Shown: one piece after another, positions 20,218 through 30,085 of the stretch
How positions within the stretch are numbered: the first letter of the stretch is position 1
How the letters are laid out: the number at the start of each line of letters is the position of its first letter
NCBI GenBank assembly: GCA_041484665.1
Contig: JBGPIA010000003.1
Coordinates: forward strand, 128,001 to 192,000
Source: Candidatus Krumholzibacteriia bacterium
Lineage (GTDB): Bacteria > Krumholzibacteriota > Krumholzibacteriia > JAJRXK01
Reading direction: 5' to 3'
Length of the DNA stretch: 64,000 nt
Notes under the pieces: generated by a model
What the model was told of the DNA's origin: nothing
Seen by the model: only the letters and a program-made list of their open reading frames with translations
Database searches by the model: none
Translations under genes and position numbers: made by a program

Positions 20218-21264
20218 TCAAGCGGATAGACCCGCGCGGAGGATATCGTGCATGTGGATCACGCCGGCCGGGCGGCCCAGCTCCACAATCACCAGTTGGG
20301 TGATGGGGCCAGGCTTGTTGTTCTCCATCTTGGTCAGGGCCACCCGCGCCAGGCAGCCAGCGTCCACGAGCTTGGGCTCGTGGCTCATGTACTCGCGGAC
20401 CGGACGCGCCATCGGATCGACGTCGCGCAGCAAGGCCCGTTTGTAGTCGCCGTCGGTGAGAAACCCCACGAGCAGCCCCTGACCGTCGACCACGCAGGCG
20501 CAGCCCAAGCGCTTCTGCGCGATCAGCAGGAGCGCCTCCCGCATCGGCATGTCCAGCTGGACGACTGGCAGCGCGTCGTCTCGGTGCATCAGGTCGGCGA
20601 CGGTGGTCCGAAGCGCCCGACCCAGCGCGCCGCTGGGATGGAACAGGGCGAAGTCTTCGCGCCGGAAGTCGCGCAGGCGCAAGAGCGTCACCGTCAACGC
20701 GTCGCCCATCACGGCCGCCGCGGTGGTGCTGGTGGTGGGAGTGAGATCCAGCGGGCAAACCTCGCGCGCAACGGCGATGTCCAGCGTCAGGTCGCAGGCG
20801 CGCGCCAGGGCGGACTGCACGTTGCCCGTGGCCACGATCGTCCGCAGCCCCAGCGCCTTCAGCGAGCTCGCCAGAACGAGCAGCTCCTCGTTGCCTCCGC
20901 TGCGGCTGAACGCCAACAGGATGTCCGCCGCCGTCGCGATTCCGATGTCGCCGTGGAGCGCCTCGACGGGGTGGATGAACAGCGCGGGCGTCCCCGTGCT
21001 GGTGAGCGTGGAGGCGACCTTGCGGGCGACGATGCCGCTCTTGCCCAGCCCCGTCACCAGCACGCGCCCTTCGCACGCGTAGAGCCAGCGGACCGCGGTG
21101 GCGAAGCGGGCATCGAGCCGCTCGCCCACGGCCCTCAAGGCGGCAGCCTCCTCCACGAACACGTCCCTGCCCAGGGCGACCAGCTGGTCGTCGGGCCAGC
21201 GTTGCGCACGTCCGGGCTCGCCGCGGCGCGGGGTAAGGCGGTTCAAGGAGGGCTCGGTGTGCAT
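20218..21264 (-). CDS. kdsD: Arabinose-5-phosphate isomerase (KpsF/GutQ, SIS + 2 CBS)
   Basis: GLGKSG, STGTPA.FIHP.EA.HGD.G, PTTST, FALFHPSGALG. Confidence 0.94.
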   Translation of the reverse strand: MHTEPSLNRLTPRRGEPGRAQRWPDDQLVALGRDVFVEEAAALRAVGERLDARFATAVRWLYACEGRVLVTGLGKSGIVARKVASTLTSTGTPALFIHPVEALHGDIGIATAADILLAFSRSGGNEELLVLASSLKALGLRTIVATGNVQSALARACDLTLDIAVAREVCPLDLTPTTSTTAAAVMGDALTVTLLRLRDFRREDFALFHPSGALGRALRTTVADLMHRDDALPVVQLDMPMREALLLIAQKRLGCACVVDGQGLLVGFLTDGDYKRALLRDVDPMARPVREYMSHEPKLVDAGCLARVALTKMENNKPGPITQLVIVELGRPAGVIHMHDILRAGLSA

Positions 21265-21317
21265 GGGATCCGCCGGGTTCGTGAGGCTCGTGGCGCTCGC
21301 CGGATCCGGCGGACCCT

Positions 21318-21878
21318 TCAGCGCGGCGCCGCGGTCGGCGTCAGGTGATAACGGCGTTGCACCCATTCCCAGTCTCCCCGGGATTGCAGGATCGTCTCGC
21401 AGGCCTCGCGCACCGCTCCCCGCCCGCCGCGGGAGCGCAGCACGCGCTGGACGCGCGCACGCACGCGAGGATCGGAGTCGCAGGGCGCCAGGCTCAACCC
21501 CGCCAACAACAGCATCGGCAGGTCGACGATGTCGTCGCCGATGGCTGCGATGGCCCCGGGCGGCAGCCCCCAGGCCGCGGCGACCTCGTGCAGCGCCTGC
21601 GCCTTGTCCAGGCGGCCGGTCAGGCACGGATCGACGTGCAGGTCGCGCGCGCGTGCGCCGATGACGGGGCTGGTGCGGCCGCTGACGATGGCCAGCTTCA
21701 CTCCAGCGTCGTGCAGCAAGGCCAGGCCCAGGCCGTCGCGGGAGTGGAAGGCCTTGAGCGCCTCACCGTCGGGCCCGTAGTACAGCCGCCCATCGGTGAG
21801 TACGCCGTCGACGTCCATCACCAACCCCTCGATCCGCGCGGAAGGCGACGTGCCACTCGCTGTGCCGGGAGCGCTCAT
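21318..21878 (-). CDS. kdsC: KDO-8-phosphate phosphatase (HAD)
   Basis: DVDGVLTDG, GDDIVD, GGRGAVRE. Confidence 0.93.
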   Translation of the reverse strand: MSAPGTASGTSPSARIEGLVMDVDGVLTDGRLYYGPDGEALKAFHSRDGLGLALLHDAGVKLAIVSGRTSPVIGARARDLHVDPCLTGRLDKAQALHEVAAAWGLPPGAIAAIGDDIVDLPMLLLAGLSLAPCDSDPRVRARVQRVLRSRGGRGAVREACETILQSRGDWEWVQRRYHLTPTAAPR

Positions 21879-22729
21879 GGCGCGGCGCCAAGGCGGTGCT
21901 CCGCCACGCGCCGGTGCAGGTCGACCACGAACGGCAACCAGCTCTCCAGCGAGTCCAGCGGCAGCTGCGTCGACGCGTCGGACAGGGCGCGTGCGGGGTC
22001 GGGGTGGGCCTCCAGGAAGAGCCCGTCGACACCGGCCGCCACCGCAGCGCGCGCCATCATCGGCGCGAGCTGCGGCGTCCCGCCTGAGGTGTTCCCACCG
22101 CCGCTGGGGCGCTGCAGTGAGTGCGTGACGTCGAACACCCACGGCCAGCCCAGCGCGTGCGCGACGGCGAAGCCGCGGAAATCCACCACCAGATCGTGGT
22201 AGCCGAAGCTCGTGCCGCGCTCCGTGAGCAGCAGGTCGTGGCAGCCCGCCGCCTGCAGCTTGTCCACCACGTGGCGCAGGTCGTCGGGCGCCAGGAACTG
22301 GCCTTTCTTGACGTTGACGGCGCAGCCGCTGGCGCCGGCGGCCTCCAGCAACCGCGTCTGGCGACTGAGGAAGGCCGGGATCTGCAGGACATCGACGCCG
22401 GCCTGCGCCGCCATCTGCGCCTCGTCGGTTTGGTGCACGTCGGTGAGCACCGGGCAGCCCACCTCACGTTTGACTCGTTGCAGCACCGCCAACCCCTCCG
22501 GCGCACCAGGGCCGCGGGGGCTGTCGCCGCGGGTGCGATTGTCCTTGAGGAAGCTGGACTTGAACACCAGCGCGATGGAGAGCCGCCGTGCCAGGCGCGC
22601 CAGCGTGTCGGCCACGCGCAGCGTCTCGTCGCTGTCCTCGATCACGCAGGGCCCGGCAATGAGCAGCAGTGGCGCGCCGCCGCCAACGCGCAGCTCGCCG
22701 ATGCGGATCTGACGCGCGCTCGTGGCCAC
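21875..22729 (-). CDS. kdsA: KDO-8-phosphate synthase
   Basis: IAGPCVIE, QIPAFLSRQT, NVKKGQF, ERGTSFGY, FDVTHS. Confidence 0.95.
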   Translation of the reverse strand: MATSARQIRIGELRVGGGAPLLLIAGPCVIEDSDETLRVADTLARLARRLSIALVFKSSFLKDNRTRGDSPRGPGAPEGLAVLQRVKREVGCPVLTDVHQTDEAQMAAQAGVDVLQIPAFLSRQTRLLEAAGASGCAVNVKKGQFLAPDDLRHVVDKLQAAGCHDLLLTERGTSFGYHDLVVDFRGFAVAHALGWPWVFDVTHSLQRPSGGGNTSGGTPQLAPMMARAAVAAGVDGLFLEAHPDPARALSDASTQLPLDSLESWLPFVVDLHRRVAEHRLGAAP

Positions 22730-22741
22730 CGTGTCGCCTCG

Positions 22742-24415
22742 CTAGCTCTCCTCGCGGCCCGCCGCGAGCGTCCGCCGCGCGTCGCGGCAGTGCACCGCCG
22801 CGCCCACTAGCCCCGTGAACAGCGGATGCTGCCGCTCCGGGCGGCTCTTGAGCTCGGGGTGGAACTGGACGGCGATGAAGAAGGGGTGGGAGGGCAGCTC
22901 GATGATCTCCACCAGGCGCTCGTCGGGGGAGATCCCGCTGATCACCAGCCCCGCGCGCTGCAGCGGCTCACGATAGAGGTTGTTGACCTCCCAACGGTGG
23001 CGGTGCCGCTCGTGGATCAGCTCGTCCTTGTAGAGGCGCGACGCGAGGCTGCCGGCACGCAGCTGAGCCGGGTAGCTGCCCAGGCGCATGGTGCCGCCCA
23101 GGTCCTCCACGCCGTGCTGCTCGCTCAGCAGCGCGATCACGGGATCGGGCGTGTACTGGTCCCACTCGGTGGAGCTGGCCTTGCGCAGACCGAGGATGGA
23201 GCGCGCGTACTCGATGACCGCCAGTTGCATGCCGAAGCAGATCCCCAGGAAGGGAATGCGTTGCTCGCGGGCGTACTTGATGGCGGCGATCTTGCCCTCC
23301 ACCCCGCGCTCGCCGAACCCGCCGGGAATGAGCAGGCCGTCCACGCGGGAAAGGTGCACCGCAGGTCCGTCGTCCTGCACGGCCTCCGCCGAGATCCACT
23401 CCGGCTCTACGCGCACGTTGTGGCTGACCCCGGCGTGGACGAACGCCTCCACGATGCTCTTGTAGGCGTCCTTGAGGCCGGTGTACTTGCCCACCACCCC
23501 GATGCGGACCGTGGTCGGAGCGTTGTAGATGCTGTCCACCAGTTCCCGCCAACGGGTCAGTTCGGCCCGGCCCTGCGGCAGCTCGAGGTGCTCGCAGACC
23601 AGGTCGTCGAGGTCCTGCGCCTCGAAGCGCAGGGGCACCTCGTAGATCGAGTCCACGTTGCGCGCGTCGATCACGTGACCCTCGTCGACGTTGCAGAAGA
23701 GCGCGATCTTCTTGCTCACATCCGAGGGCAGGCCCGTGTCGCAGCGGCACAACAGGATGTCGGGCTGGATCCCGATGGCGCGCAGCTCCTTGACAGAGTG
23801 CTGCGTGGGCTTGGTCTTGAGCTCACCGGCCGAGTCGATCCAGGGCACCAGCGTCAGGTGGATGAACAACGTCTTGTGCGGCCCCAGCTCCAGCCGCAGC
23901 TGGCGCAACGCCTCGAGGTACGGCAGCGATTCGATGTCGCCCACCGTGCCGCCCACCTCGGTGATCACCACGTCGCAGGGCCCTCCGTCGGCCATGCGCG
24001 TGGCAGGCAGCTTGATGCGGTGCTTGATCTCGTCGGTGACGTGGGGAATGACCTGTACGGTGCGGCCCAGGTACTCACCACGGCGCTCGCGGGCGATGAT
24101 CGCGTCGTAGATCTGGCCGCTGGTGACATTGTGGATGCGCTGGAGGCTCTCATCGATGAAGCGCTCGTAGTGGCCGAGGTCCAGATCGGTCTCGGCGCCG
24201 TCGTCGGTGACGAACACCTCCCCGTGCTGGAAGGGGTTCATCGTGCCCGGGTCCACGTTGAGGTACGGATCGAACTTCTGCAGCACCACGCGCAGTCCGC
24301 GCGCTTTGAGCAGCTTGCCCAGTGACGCGGTGGCGATCCCCTTGCCGAGGCTGGAGACGACCCCTCCGGTGACGAAGATGTACCGGGTCGACGGGGCGCT
24401 CGCGGCACTGGTCAT
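22742..24415 (-). CDS. pyrG: CTP synthase
   Basis: GGVVSSLGKG, DPYLNVDPGTM, KTKPTQHSV, GICFGMQ, QFHPE. Confidence 0.98.
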   Translation of the reverse strand: MTSAASAPSTRYIFVTGGVVSSLGKGIATASLGKLLKARGLRVVLQKFDPYLNVDPGTMNPFQHGEVFVTDDGAETDLDLGHYERFIDESLQRIHNVTSGQIYDAIIARERRGEYLGRTVQVIPHVTDEIKHRIKLPATRMADGGPCDVVITEVGGTVGDIESLPYLEALRQLRLELGPHKTLFIHLTLVPWIDSAGELKTKPTQHSVKELRAIGIQPDILLCRCDTGLPSDVSKKIALFCNVDEGHVIDARNVDSIYEVPLRFEAQDLDDLVCEHLELPQGRAELTRWRELVDSIYNAPTTVRIGVVGKYTGLKDAYKSIVEAFVHAGVSHNVRVEPEWISAEAVQDDGPAVHLSRVDGLLIPGGFGERGVEGKIAAIKYAREQRIPFLGICFGMQLAVIEYARSILGLRKASSTEWDQYTPDPVIALLSEQHGVEDLGGTMRLGSYPAQLRAGSLASRLYKDELIHERHRHRWEVNNLYREPLQRAGLVISGISPDERLVEIIELPSHPFFIAVQFHPELKSRPERQHPLFTGLVGAAVHCRDARRTLAAGREES

Positions 24416-24469
24416 GTTCGCCTCCTGAGGGCCAGCAGACGTGCATGGGCGAAGGGCGGGCTCGCGGCG

Positions 24470-25333
24470 TCAGCCTACATCACGCCCTGCCCCCGCGCCA
24501 CCCCAGGCGCCGCCGGCCAGAAGGGCCGCGCAGCGCGCCAGATCCTCGGGCGTGTCCACGCCCAGCGGGATGCTCTCGACGATGCCGACCACGATCACCT
24601 CGCCCAACTCGAGCAGCCGCAGCTGCTCGAGCCCCTCGGCCAGCTCCAGGGGCGTGGGCGGCCGGCTCAGGAAGCGCTCGAGCGCCGCGCGCCGGAACCC
24701 GTAGACACCCACATGGCGTAACGCGGGGGCAGCGGGACGCCCGGCCGTGGGATGCCGCCCCGGGATCGGCGCGCGCGAGAAGTACAACGCCCGCCCGGCG
24801 GCGTCGATCACGACCTTGACCACGTTGGGATCCAGGTGGTGCGCGCTCCCAGCCGCGAGCGGGCAGGCCAGCGTGCTGGCCGCGGCGTGTGGCGCGGCCT
24901 CCAGCAGCTCCACCAGCCGATCGATGGCATCGGGCGGCACGAGCGGCTCGTCGCCTTGGACATTGAGCACGATCGACTCGGCGCGCCGGGCGATCGCCTC
25001 GCCGATGCGGTCCGTTCCTGTGGGATGGTCGGGGCGGGTCATGGCCACCTGCGCCCCGGCAGCGCGGGCGGCCGCCGCGATGCCGGCGTGGTCGGTCGCC
25101 ACCAGCACGACGCCGACGCGCTGCGCGCGTAGCGCCTGCGCCACAACGTGGGCGATGAGGGGGCGGCCAGCCAGGGGCGCGAGGGCCTTCCCCGGGAAGC
25201 GCGAACTCCCATGGCGAGCGGGGATCACCGCCACGACATCGTCCGCAGCAATGCGTTGCGCCATCGCCGGCGCGGTCACCGGTGCGGCGTCCGGGGACCC
25301 CGCCGCGCCGCGCGGCCGGCGCGATGTGCTCAC
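24470..25333 (-). CDS. kdsB: CMP-KDO synthetase (start GTG 25333 with AAGGAG, or ATG 25264)
   Basis: VIPARHGSSRFPGK, NVQGDEP, ALYFSR, EGLEQLR, GVDTPED. Confidence 0.95.
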   Translation of the reverse strand: MSTSRRPRGAAGSPDAAPVTAPAMAQRIAADDVVAVIPARHGSSRFPGKALAPLAGRPLIAHVVAQALRAQRVGVVLVATDHAGIAAAARAAGAQVAMTRPDHPTGTDRIGEAIARRAESIVLNVQGDEPLVPPDAIDRLVELLEAAPHAAASTLACPLAAGSAHHLDPNVVKVVIDAAGRALYFSRAPIPGRHPTAGRPAAPALRHVGVYGFRRAALERFLSRPPTPLELAEGLEQLRLLELGEVIVVGIVESIPLGVDTPEDLARCAALLAGGAWGGAGAGRDVG

Positions 25334-25451
25334 CGCGGCTCCTTCCGCAAGCGTGGCGGCCGCCTGGGGGAGAGGCGGTGCCGGACCCGTCTCAAACCGA
25401 GCCGCCCACCCGGAGGGGGTGGGCGGCGTCGTGGATGCTCGCTGTGTCGGC

Positions 25452-25709
25452 TCATCCCTGCGGGACAATGTGGACCCTGCGCCGGTCCTTCCCCCACCGC
25501 TCGTACAGCACCGTCCCGGTGATGCGCGCGAAGAGGGTGTCGTCCTTCCCCTTGCCGACATTGCGGCCGGGGTGGATGCGGGTGCCGCGCTGGCGCACGA
25601 GGATGCTGCCCGCGGAGACCATCTCCCCGCCGTAGCTCTTGACCCCCAGGCGTTGCGCGTTGCTCTCGCGCCCGTTGCGACTGCTGCCGGCGCCTTTCTT
25701 GTGGGCCAT
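25452..25709 (-). CDS. rpmA: 50S ribosomal protein L27
   Basis: [16 protein letters not shown]...RQRGT. Confidence 0.98.
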   Translation of the reverse strand: MAHKKGAGSSRNGRESNAQRLGVKSYGGEMVSAGSILVRQRGTRIHPGRNVGKGKDDTLFARITGTVLYERWGKDRRRVHIVPQG

Positions 25710-25727
25710 GACGTCGACCTCCTGTCG

Positions 25728-26051
25728 CTAGGCCGTAATCGAGGTGATACGGATGGCCGTATAGGACTGCCGGTGCCCGTTGCGCTTCTGATAGCGCTTC
25801 CGCCGCCGCTTGTGGAAGACGATGATCTTCTCGTCGCGGCCGTGGGCCAGCACCGTGGCGGCCACCTTGGCGCCCGGCACCGTCGGCGAGCCGATCTTGA
25901 CGGAGTCCCCCGCGCCCACCATCAGCACCTCGTCGAACTCCACGCTGTCCCCGGGCGTTGCGGTGAGCAGCGGAACGTGGAGCACCTCGTTCTCCGCCAC
26001 CCGGAACTGCATCGCCTTGATGCGGACCACTGCATTCGTGTGCGGCGCCAT
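25728..26051 (-). CDS. rplU: 50S ribosomal protein L21
   Basis: QFRV, KIGSPTV, KRRRKRY.KRNGHRQ. Confidence 0.96.
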   Translation of the reverse strand: MAPHTNAVVRIKAMQFRVAENEVLHVPLLTATPGDSVEFDEVLMVGAGDSVKIGSPTVPGAKVAATVLAHGRDEKIIVFHKRRRKRYQKRNGHRQSYTAIRITSITA

Positions 26052-26080
26052 GACTTCGGTCCTCTCTTAGGAAACGCTGA

Positions 26081-26109
26081 AAGCTACCATCGACCCCGCC
26101 GGGCGTCAA
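26081..26109 (-). promoter_or_regulatory. Sigma-70 promoter for rplU-rpmA
   Basis: TTGACG-17 bp-TAGCTT with TG extension. Confidence 0.7.
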
Positions 26110-26298
26110 GTCGGCGGGCCGGGCGTTGGATCGGCGAGCCTGGCGTTCCGTCGCCGGGCCGGTCGGAGCAGCGGGCCGCGAGCCCGGGCTTGCCTCGACC
26201 GCCTCCGTGCGTTAGCTAGGGAGGTCGTGCGACCAGCGGCCCGACGGGGGGCCGTGGCCGACCTGGACATCCGGTTTTGGGAAGGCAGGGAGCTGGTC

Positions 26299-27243
26299 AT
26301 GAGCAAGGCGGTAGCGGGCGTGGAGAAGTGCGCGGTGATCGGCTCGGGTCCGGCGGGGCTCACGGCAGCGCTCTACCTGGCGCGCGCCAACCTGACACCG
26401 GTGGTGTTCGAGGGTCAGCAGCCCGGTGGCCAGCTCACCATCACGACCGACGTGGAGAACTATCCGGGCTTCCCCGAGGGGATCCAGGGGCCCGAGCTCA
26501 TGGAGAAGTTCCGCGCGCAGGCCCGCCGCTTTGGCGCCCGCTGTGAGTGGCACACGGTCACTGCCGCGGATTTCGCTGGGCGCCCGTTCACCCTCACGCT
26601 GGACGACGGCACCTCCGTCCGCGCCCAGACGGTGGTCTGCGCCACCGGCAGCAGCGCCAAGTGGTTGGGGATCGACAGCGAACGCCGCCTGCAGGGCAAG
26701 GGCGTGTCGGCGTGCGCCACCTGCGATGCCTTCTTCTTCAAGAACGAGATCGTCGCCGTGGTGGGTGGCGGCGACACCGCCATGGAGGAGTCGATGTTCC
26801 TCACCAAGTTCGCCAGCAAGGTGATCGTGGTGCACCGGCGCGATCACCTGCGAGCGAGCAAGGTCATGCAGGATCGGGCGCGCCGCAACGAGAAGATCGA
26901 GTTGCGGTGGAACCAGGAGGTCGTCGAGGTCCTCGGCTCCGAGAAGGTCCAGGGAATCCGCGTGCGCGACATCCAGAGCGGTAAGGAATCCACCGTGGCC
27001 TGCGGGGGGCTGTTCCTGGCGATCGGGCACACTCCCAACACGGCGATCTTCAAGGGTCAGCTCGACATGGACGCCGTGGGCTACCTCAAGACCCACGACG
27101 AGGTCCTCACCAACATCGAGGGCGTGTTCGCCGCCGGTGATGTGGCCGACCACGTGTACCGGCAGGCCGTGACAGCCGCCGGCTCGGGCTGCGCCGCTGC
27201 GATGCGGGCGGAGCGCTGGCTGGCCGAGCAGGGGATCGAGTAG
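26299..27243 (+). CDS. trxB: Thioredoxin reductase
   Basis: GSGPAG, GGQL..T..VENYPG, CATC, GGGDTA.EE, HRRD, GVFAAGD. Confidence 0.97.
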   Translation: MSKAVAGVEKCAVIGSGPAGLTAALYLARANLTPVVFEGQQPGGQLTITTDVENYPGFPEGIQGPELMEKFRAQARRFGARCEWHTVTAADFAGRPFTLTLDDGTSVRAQTVVCATGSSAKWLGIDSERRLQGKGVSACATCDAFFFKNEIVAVVGGGDTAMEESMFLTKFASKVIVVHRRDHLRASKVMQDRARRNEKIELRWNQEVVEVLGSEKVQGIRVRDIQSGKESTVACGGLFLAIGHTPNTAIFKGQLDMDAVGYLKTHDEVLTNIEGVFAAGDVADHVYRQAVTAAGSGCAAAMRAERWLAEQGIE

Positions 27244-27320
27244 GCGAATGACTGTCCGCGCCGCGCGGAGCCCCCGCCGCGGTCCGCGCGCGCCACGGCG
27301 CGGGCGCCGCCGCTCGTGCC

Positions 27321-27863
27321 TTACAGCTTGATCAGGCTGAGGAACTCGTGGCGCGTGGCCTGGTTGGCCCGGAAGTCGCCGAGCATCTCACTGGTCAGCG
27401 CCTGGCTGTTCTGCTTTTCCACCCCGCGCATCATCATGCACAGGTGCTGGGCGCGCATCACCACGGCCACGCCCTTGGGGTTGAGGTGCTGCTCCAGGCA
27501 CTGGGCGACCTCGCTGGTCAGGCGCTCCTGCACCTGTAGCCGCCGCGCGAAGACCTCCACGATGCGGGCCAGCTTGCTCAGGCCGATGATCTTGCCATCG
27601 GGGAGGTAGGCTACGTGCGCGCGGCCGAAGAACGGCAGCAGGTGATGCTCGCACAGGCTGAAGAAGTCGATGTCGCGCACGACCACCATCTCGCGATTGT
27701 CCGACTCGAACACCGCGCCGTTGATCTCGTCCTCCAGGTCGGCCCGGTAGCCGGCCGTCAGGAATGCCATCGACTTGGCGACGCGCTCGGGCGTTTTGAG
27801 CAGCCCCTCGCGCTGCGGGTCCTCGCCGAGCTCGCGCAGCATCTGCCGGATGAGCTCCTCCAT
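27321..27863 (-). CDS. folE: GTP cyclohydrolase I
   Basis: [36 protein letters not shown]. Confidence 0.97.
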   Translation of the reverse strand: MEELIRQMLRELGEDPQREGLLKTPERVAKSMAFLTAGYRADLEDEINGAVFESDNREMVVVRDIDFFSLCEHHLLPFFGRAHVAYLPDGKIIGLSKLARIVEVFARRLQVQERLTSEVAQCLEQHLNPKGVAVVMRAQHLCMMMRGVEKQNSQALTSEMLGDFRANQATRHEFLSLIKL

Positions 27864-27866
27864 GGA

Positions 27867-28346
27867 TCACCTGCCTGTCGTCTCGAAGCGGTTGTTGCGC
27901 GTCTCCAGCACGTGGAGGCGGACCAGCCGCGCGCCGTCCGGCAGGCGCGGCGCGATCCAGCTCCAGAAGACACGCGCAAGGTTCTCACCGGTGGTCACGA
28001 CGTCGATCACGTCGTTGAGGTTGTAGTGATCGACGCGCATCAGCAGATGCTCGTGGACCAGTGCGTCGAGCTCGGCGCGGCCGATCAGCAGGCCCGTGCG
28101 CGGGTCCGCAGCGCCCTCGAGGGTCACCGCGATCTCGTAGTTGTGGCCGTGCCCGCCCGGCCGGCTGCACTTGCCGAAGACACGGGTATTCTCCGCGTCG
28201 CTAAGCCGCGCGCTCACCAGGCGGTGCGCCGCCTCGAAGCGGTAGACGCGCGTCAGGCGTACCGTCGGCGCGAAGGCAGCCACCGCAGGAGTTGTCATGG
28301 ACGGGCGCGCCGCGGGGACGCCCAACGGCCGCGCTTGCCCGCTCAT
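27867..28346 (-). CDS. 6-pyruvoyl-tetrahydropterin synthase family protein, copy 2 (C-X5-HGH)
   Basis: FEAAHRL, FGKCSRPGGHGHNY, TTGENLA, ETRNN. Confidence 0.9.
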   Translation of the reverse strand: MSGQARPLGVPAARPSMTTPAVAAFAPTVRLTRVYRFEAAHRLVSARLSDAENTRVFGKCSRPGGHGHNYEIAVTLEGAADPRTGLLIGRAELDALVHEHLLMRVDHYNLNDVIDVVTTGENLARVFWSWIAPRLPDGARLVRLHVLETRNNRFETTGR

Positions 28347-28780
28347 CCCTCGCCTCCGCCGGCTTCGGCGTAGAGATCCTCGCTCTCCCACACGCGCACG
28401 CGCAGCAGCCGCGCGCCTTGCAGCTGCGCCGCCAACGGACGTAGCTCGGCCATCACATGGAGCGCCAGATTCTCACAGGTGGGAACCACGGTCCTGAAGT
28501 GGGGGACATCGAGGTTGAGGAATGTGTGGTCCAGCGGCTGGACGACGCGCTCCTTGAGCAGGCGATCGAGGTCGGCCAGGTTCATGACCATCCCAGTGAC
28601 CGGATCGACCGCGCCCTCCAGGGTGACGTCTACGCGGTAATTGTGGCCGTGGCCGTGCGGAGAATTGCAGGCGCCGAAGACGCGGCGGTTCTCCTCGTCC
28701 GACAGTGCGGGGGTGTGGTAGCGGTGCGCGGCGGAGAAGCGCACCGTGCGCGTGATGCGGGCGGTCGTGGGGAGGGTCAC
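28343..28780 (-). CDS. 6-pyruvoyl-tetrahydropterin synthase family protein, copy 1
   Basis: FSAAHRY, FGACNSPHGHGHNY, LDHTFLN, PTCENLA; GTG start with AGGAG. Confidence 0.92.
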   Translation of the reverse strand: MTLPTTARITRTVRFSAAHRYHTPALSDEENRRVFGACNSPHGHGHNYRVDVTLEGAVDPVTGMVMNLADLDRLLKERVVQPLDHTFLNLDVPHFRTVVPTCENLALHVMAELRPLAAQLQGARLLRVRVWESEDLYAEAGGGEG

Positions 28781-29009
28781 GCCAACTCCTCGACGGCAGC
28801 AGATCCGTGCGCGCCGGCGCCAGGCAGGAGGCACGGTGATCGGCAGCCGGCGTCCATCCGGTGCGGCGACCACGCGCGGATCCGGTGCCCGGCCTGGGCG
28901 CCGGTGCTTGGGCCGCGCGCGGGACCGCGAAACGATACCGAGGGCGCAGCCGGTCCGCCACGGGGCGCGCGGGGCGCGCGCCGGCGCTGCGCGCGCGGCG
29001 GCCTTGCTC

Positions 29010-29741
29010 TCAAGCCAGACCGATGCCGCCGTCCACGTTGAGCACGGCGCCGGTGGTCCAGCCCGAGCGGTCGCTGGCGAGGAAGAGGATCGCGTCCGCG
29101 ACCTCCTCGGCGCGGCCAACACGGCCCAGCGGGTGCATGGGCGCCATGGCGTCCAGCCGTCCGCGGTCGGAATGGATCGGGGTGTCGACCACGCCCGGCG
29201 CGACCGCGACGACACGGATGCCATCCTTGGCCCACTCCAGCGCCAGGCATTGCGTCAGCGACAAGAGCGCGGCCTTGCTGGCGCTGTAGGCAGCGGTCCC
29301 GGCCACCGGGCGCTGCGCCAGGTTGGTGAGGACGTTCACGATGACGCCGTGGCCCGAACGCTTCAGGTCGATGTAGGCCTCGCGACAGAGCAGGAACGGG
29401 CCGGTCGAGTTGACCGCGAGATGCTCCTGCCATGACTCGAGAGTGCACGCAGCGGCGGGCGCCGGCTGGAACAACCCCGCGTTGTTGACCAGGACGTCGA
29501 GGCCGCCCAGCTGGTCGCGGCAGGCGGCAACGAGTCGCGCGACGTCTTCTTGCTGCGTGATGTCCGCGCCGACGGCGAGTGCGCGCCCACCCGCCTGCTC
29601 GATGTCGGCGGCCATCGCCGCGAGCGGCTCGCGCCGGCGTCCCGCGAGCGCCACGCGGGCGCCTTCGCGCGCAAACGCGCGCGCCGCGGCTGCGCCAACG
29701 CCGCTGCCGGCGCCCGTGATCAATGCAACACGGCCGTGCAA
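29010..29741 (-). CDS. Short-chain dehydrogenase/reductase
   Basis: TGAGSGVG, NNAG, YSASK, NVDGG; TTG start with GGAGG. Confidence 0.93.
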   Translation of the reverse strand: MHGRVALITGAGSGVGAAAARAFAREGARVALAGRRREPLAAMAADIEQAGGRALAVGADITQQEDVARLVAACRDQLGGLDVLVNNAGLFQPAPAAACTLESWQEHLAVNSTGPFLLCREAYIDLKRSGHGVIVNVLTNLAQRPVAGTAAYSASKAALLSLTQCLALEWAKDGIRVVAVAPGVVDTPIHSDRGRLDAMAPMHPLGRVGRAEEVADAILFLASDRSGWTTGAVLNVDGGIGLA

Positions 29742-29911
29742 TGTAGGCCTCCATTCCGCCGGAATATGGGGCTCTTGGCGCAGCGGGCTACGCGCCCTCC
29801 ATCAGGCCGGCCCGCGGGACGTCAGCGCCATCGTTCCCCGTCTTGCCCCCGCCTGCCTCGCCATCCCCGGAAAAGACCCCCGCTTGGGGCGGGAGGGGGC
29901 CATTCGGTCGC

Positions 29912-29927
29912 GGGCACGGCCATTGCT
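29912..29927 (+). promoter_or_regulatory. Putative sigma-54 -24/-12 promoter
   Basis: GGGCACGGCCATTGCT versus consensus TGGCACGNNNNTTGCW; exact GG-N10-GC spacing. Confidence 0.6.
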
Positions 29928-29937
29928 GAATTCGCCC

Positions 29938-30085
29938 TTGCCTACGCCTTGCTTCGCCGGAGGGCGGAGTGAAGCGGTTCTGAGATCGAGCCGTGTCTGC
30001 CACGAAAGTCGTCCCCCCCAGAGATCGGGTGGCAGATGTCGATCGAAGAGCCGTCTGAGCTTCGTCCCTCCGGCAATTTCTTTTC
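29938..30085 (+). ncRNA. Candidate structured small RNA (long irregular hairpin with U-rich 3' tail), family not recognised
   Basis: Nested helices 29956-29970/30059-30074, 29975-29981/30047-30053, 29984-29989/30039-30044 and 29995-30003/30029-30037; G-U pairs and tandem GA mismatches favour +; followed by AATTTCTTTT; no credible protein ORF. Confidence 0.55.

Noticed and set aside
27244..27320. Intrinsic terminator between convergent trxB and folE
   Set aside because: GC-rich stems are possible but there is no U-tract on either strand; not supportable
29938..30085. SRP (4.5S) RNA or tRNA-Sec as the identity of the hairpin
   Set aside because: Lacks the SRP domain IV motif and GGAA tetraloop; no cloverleaf or UCA anticodon arm
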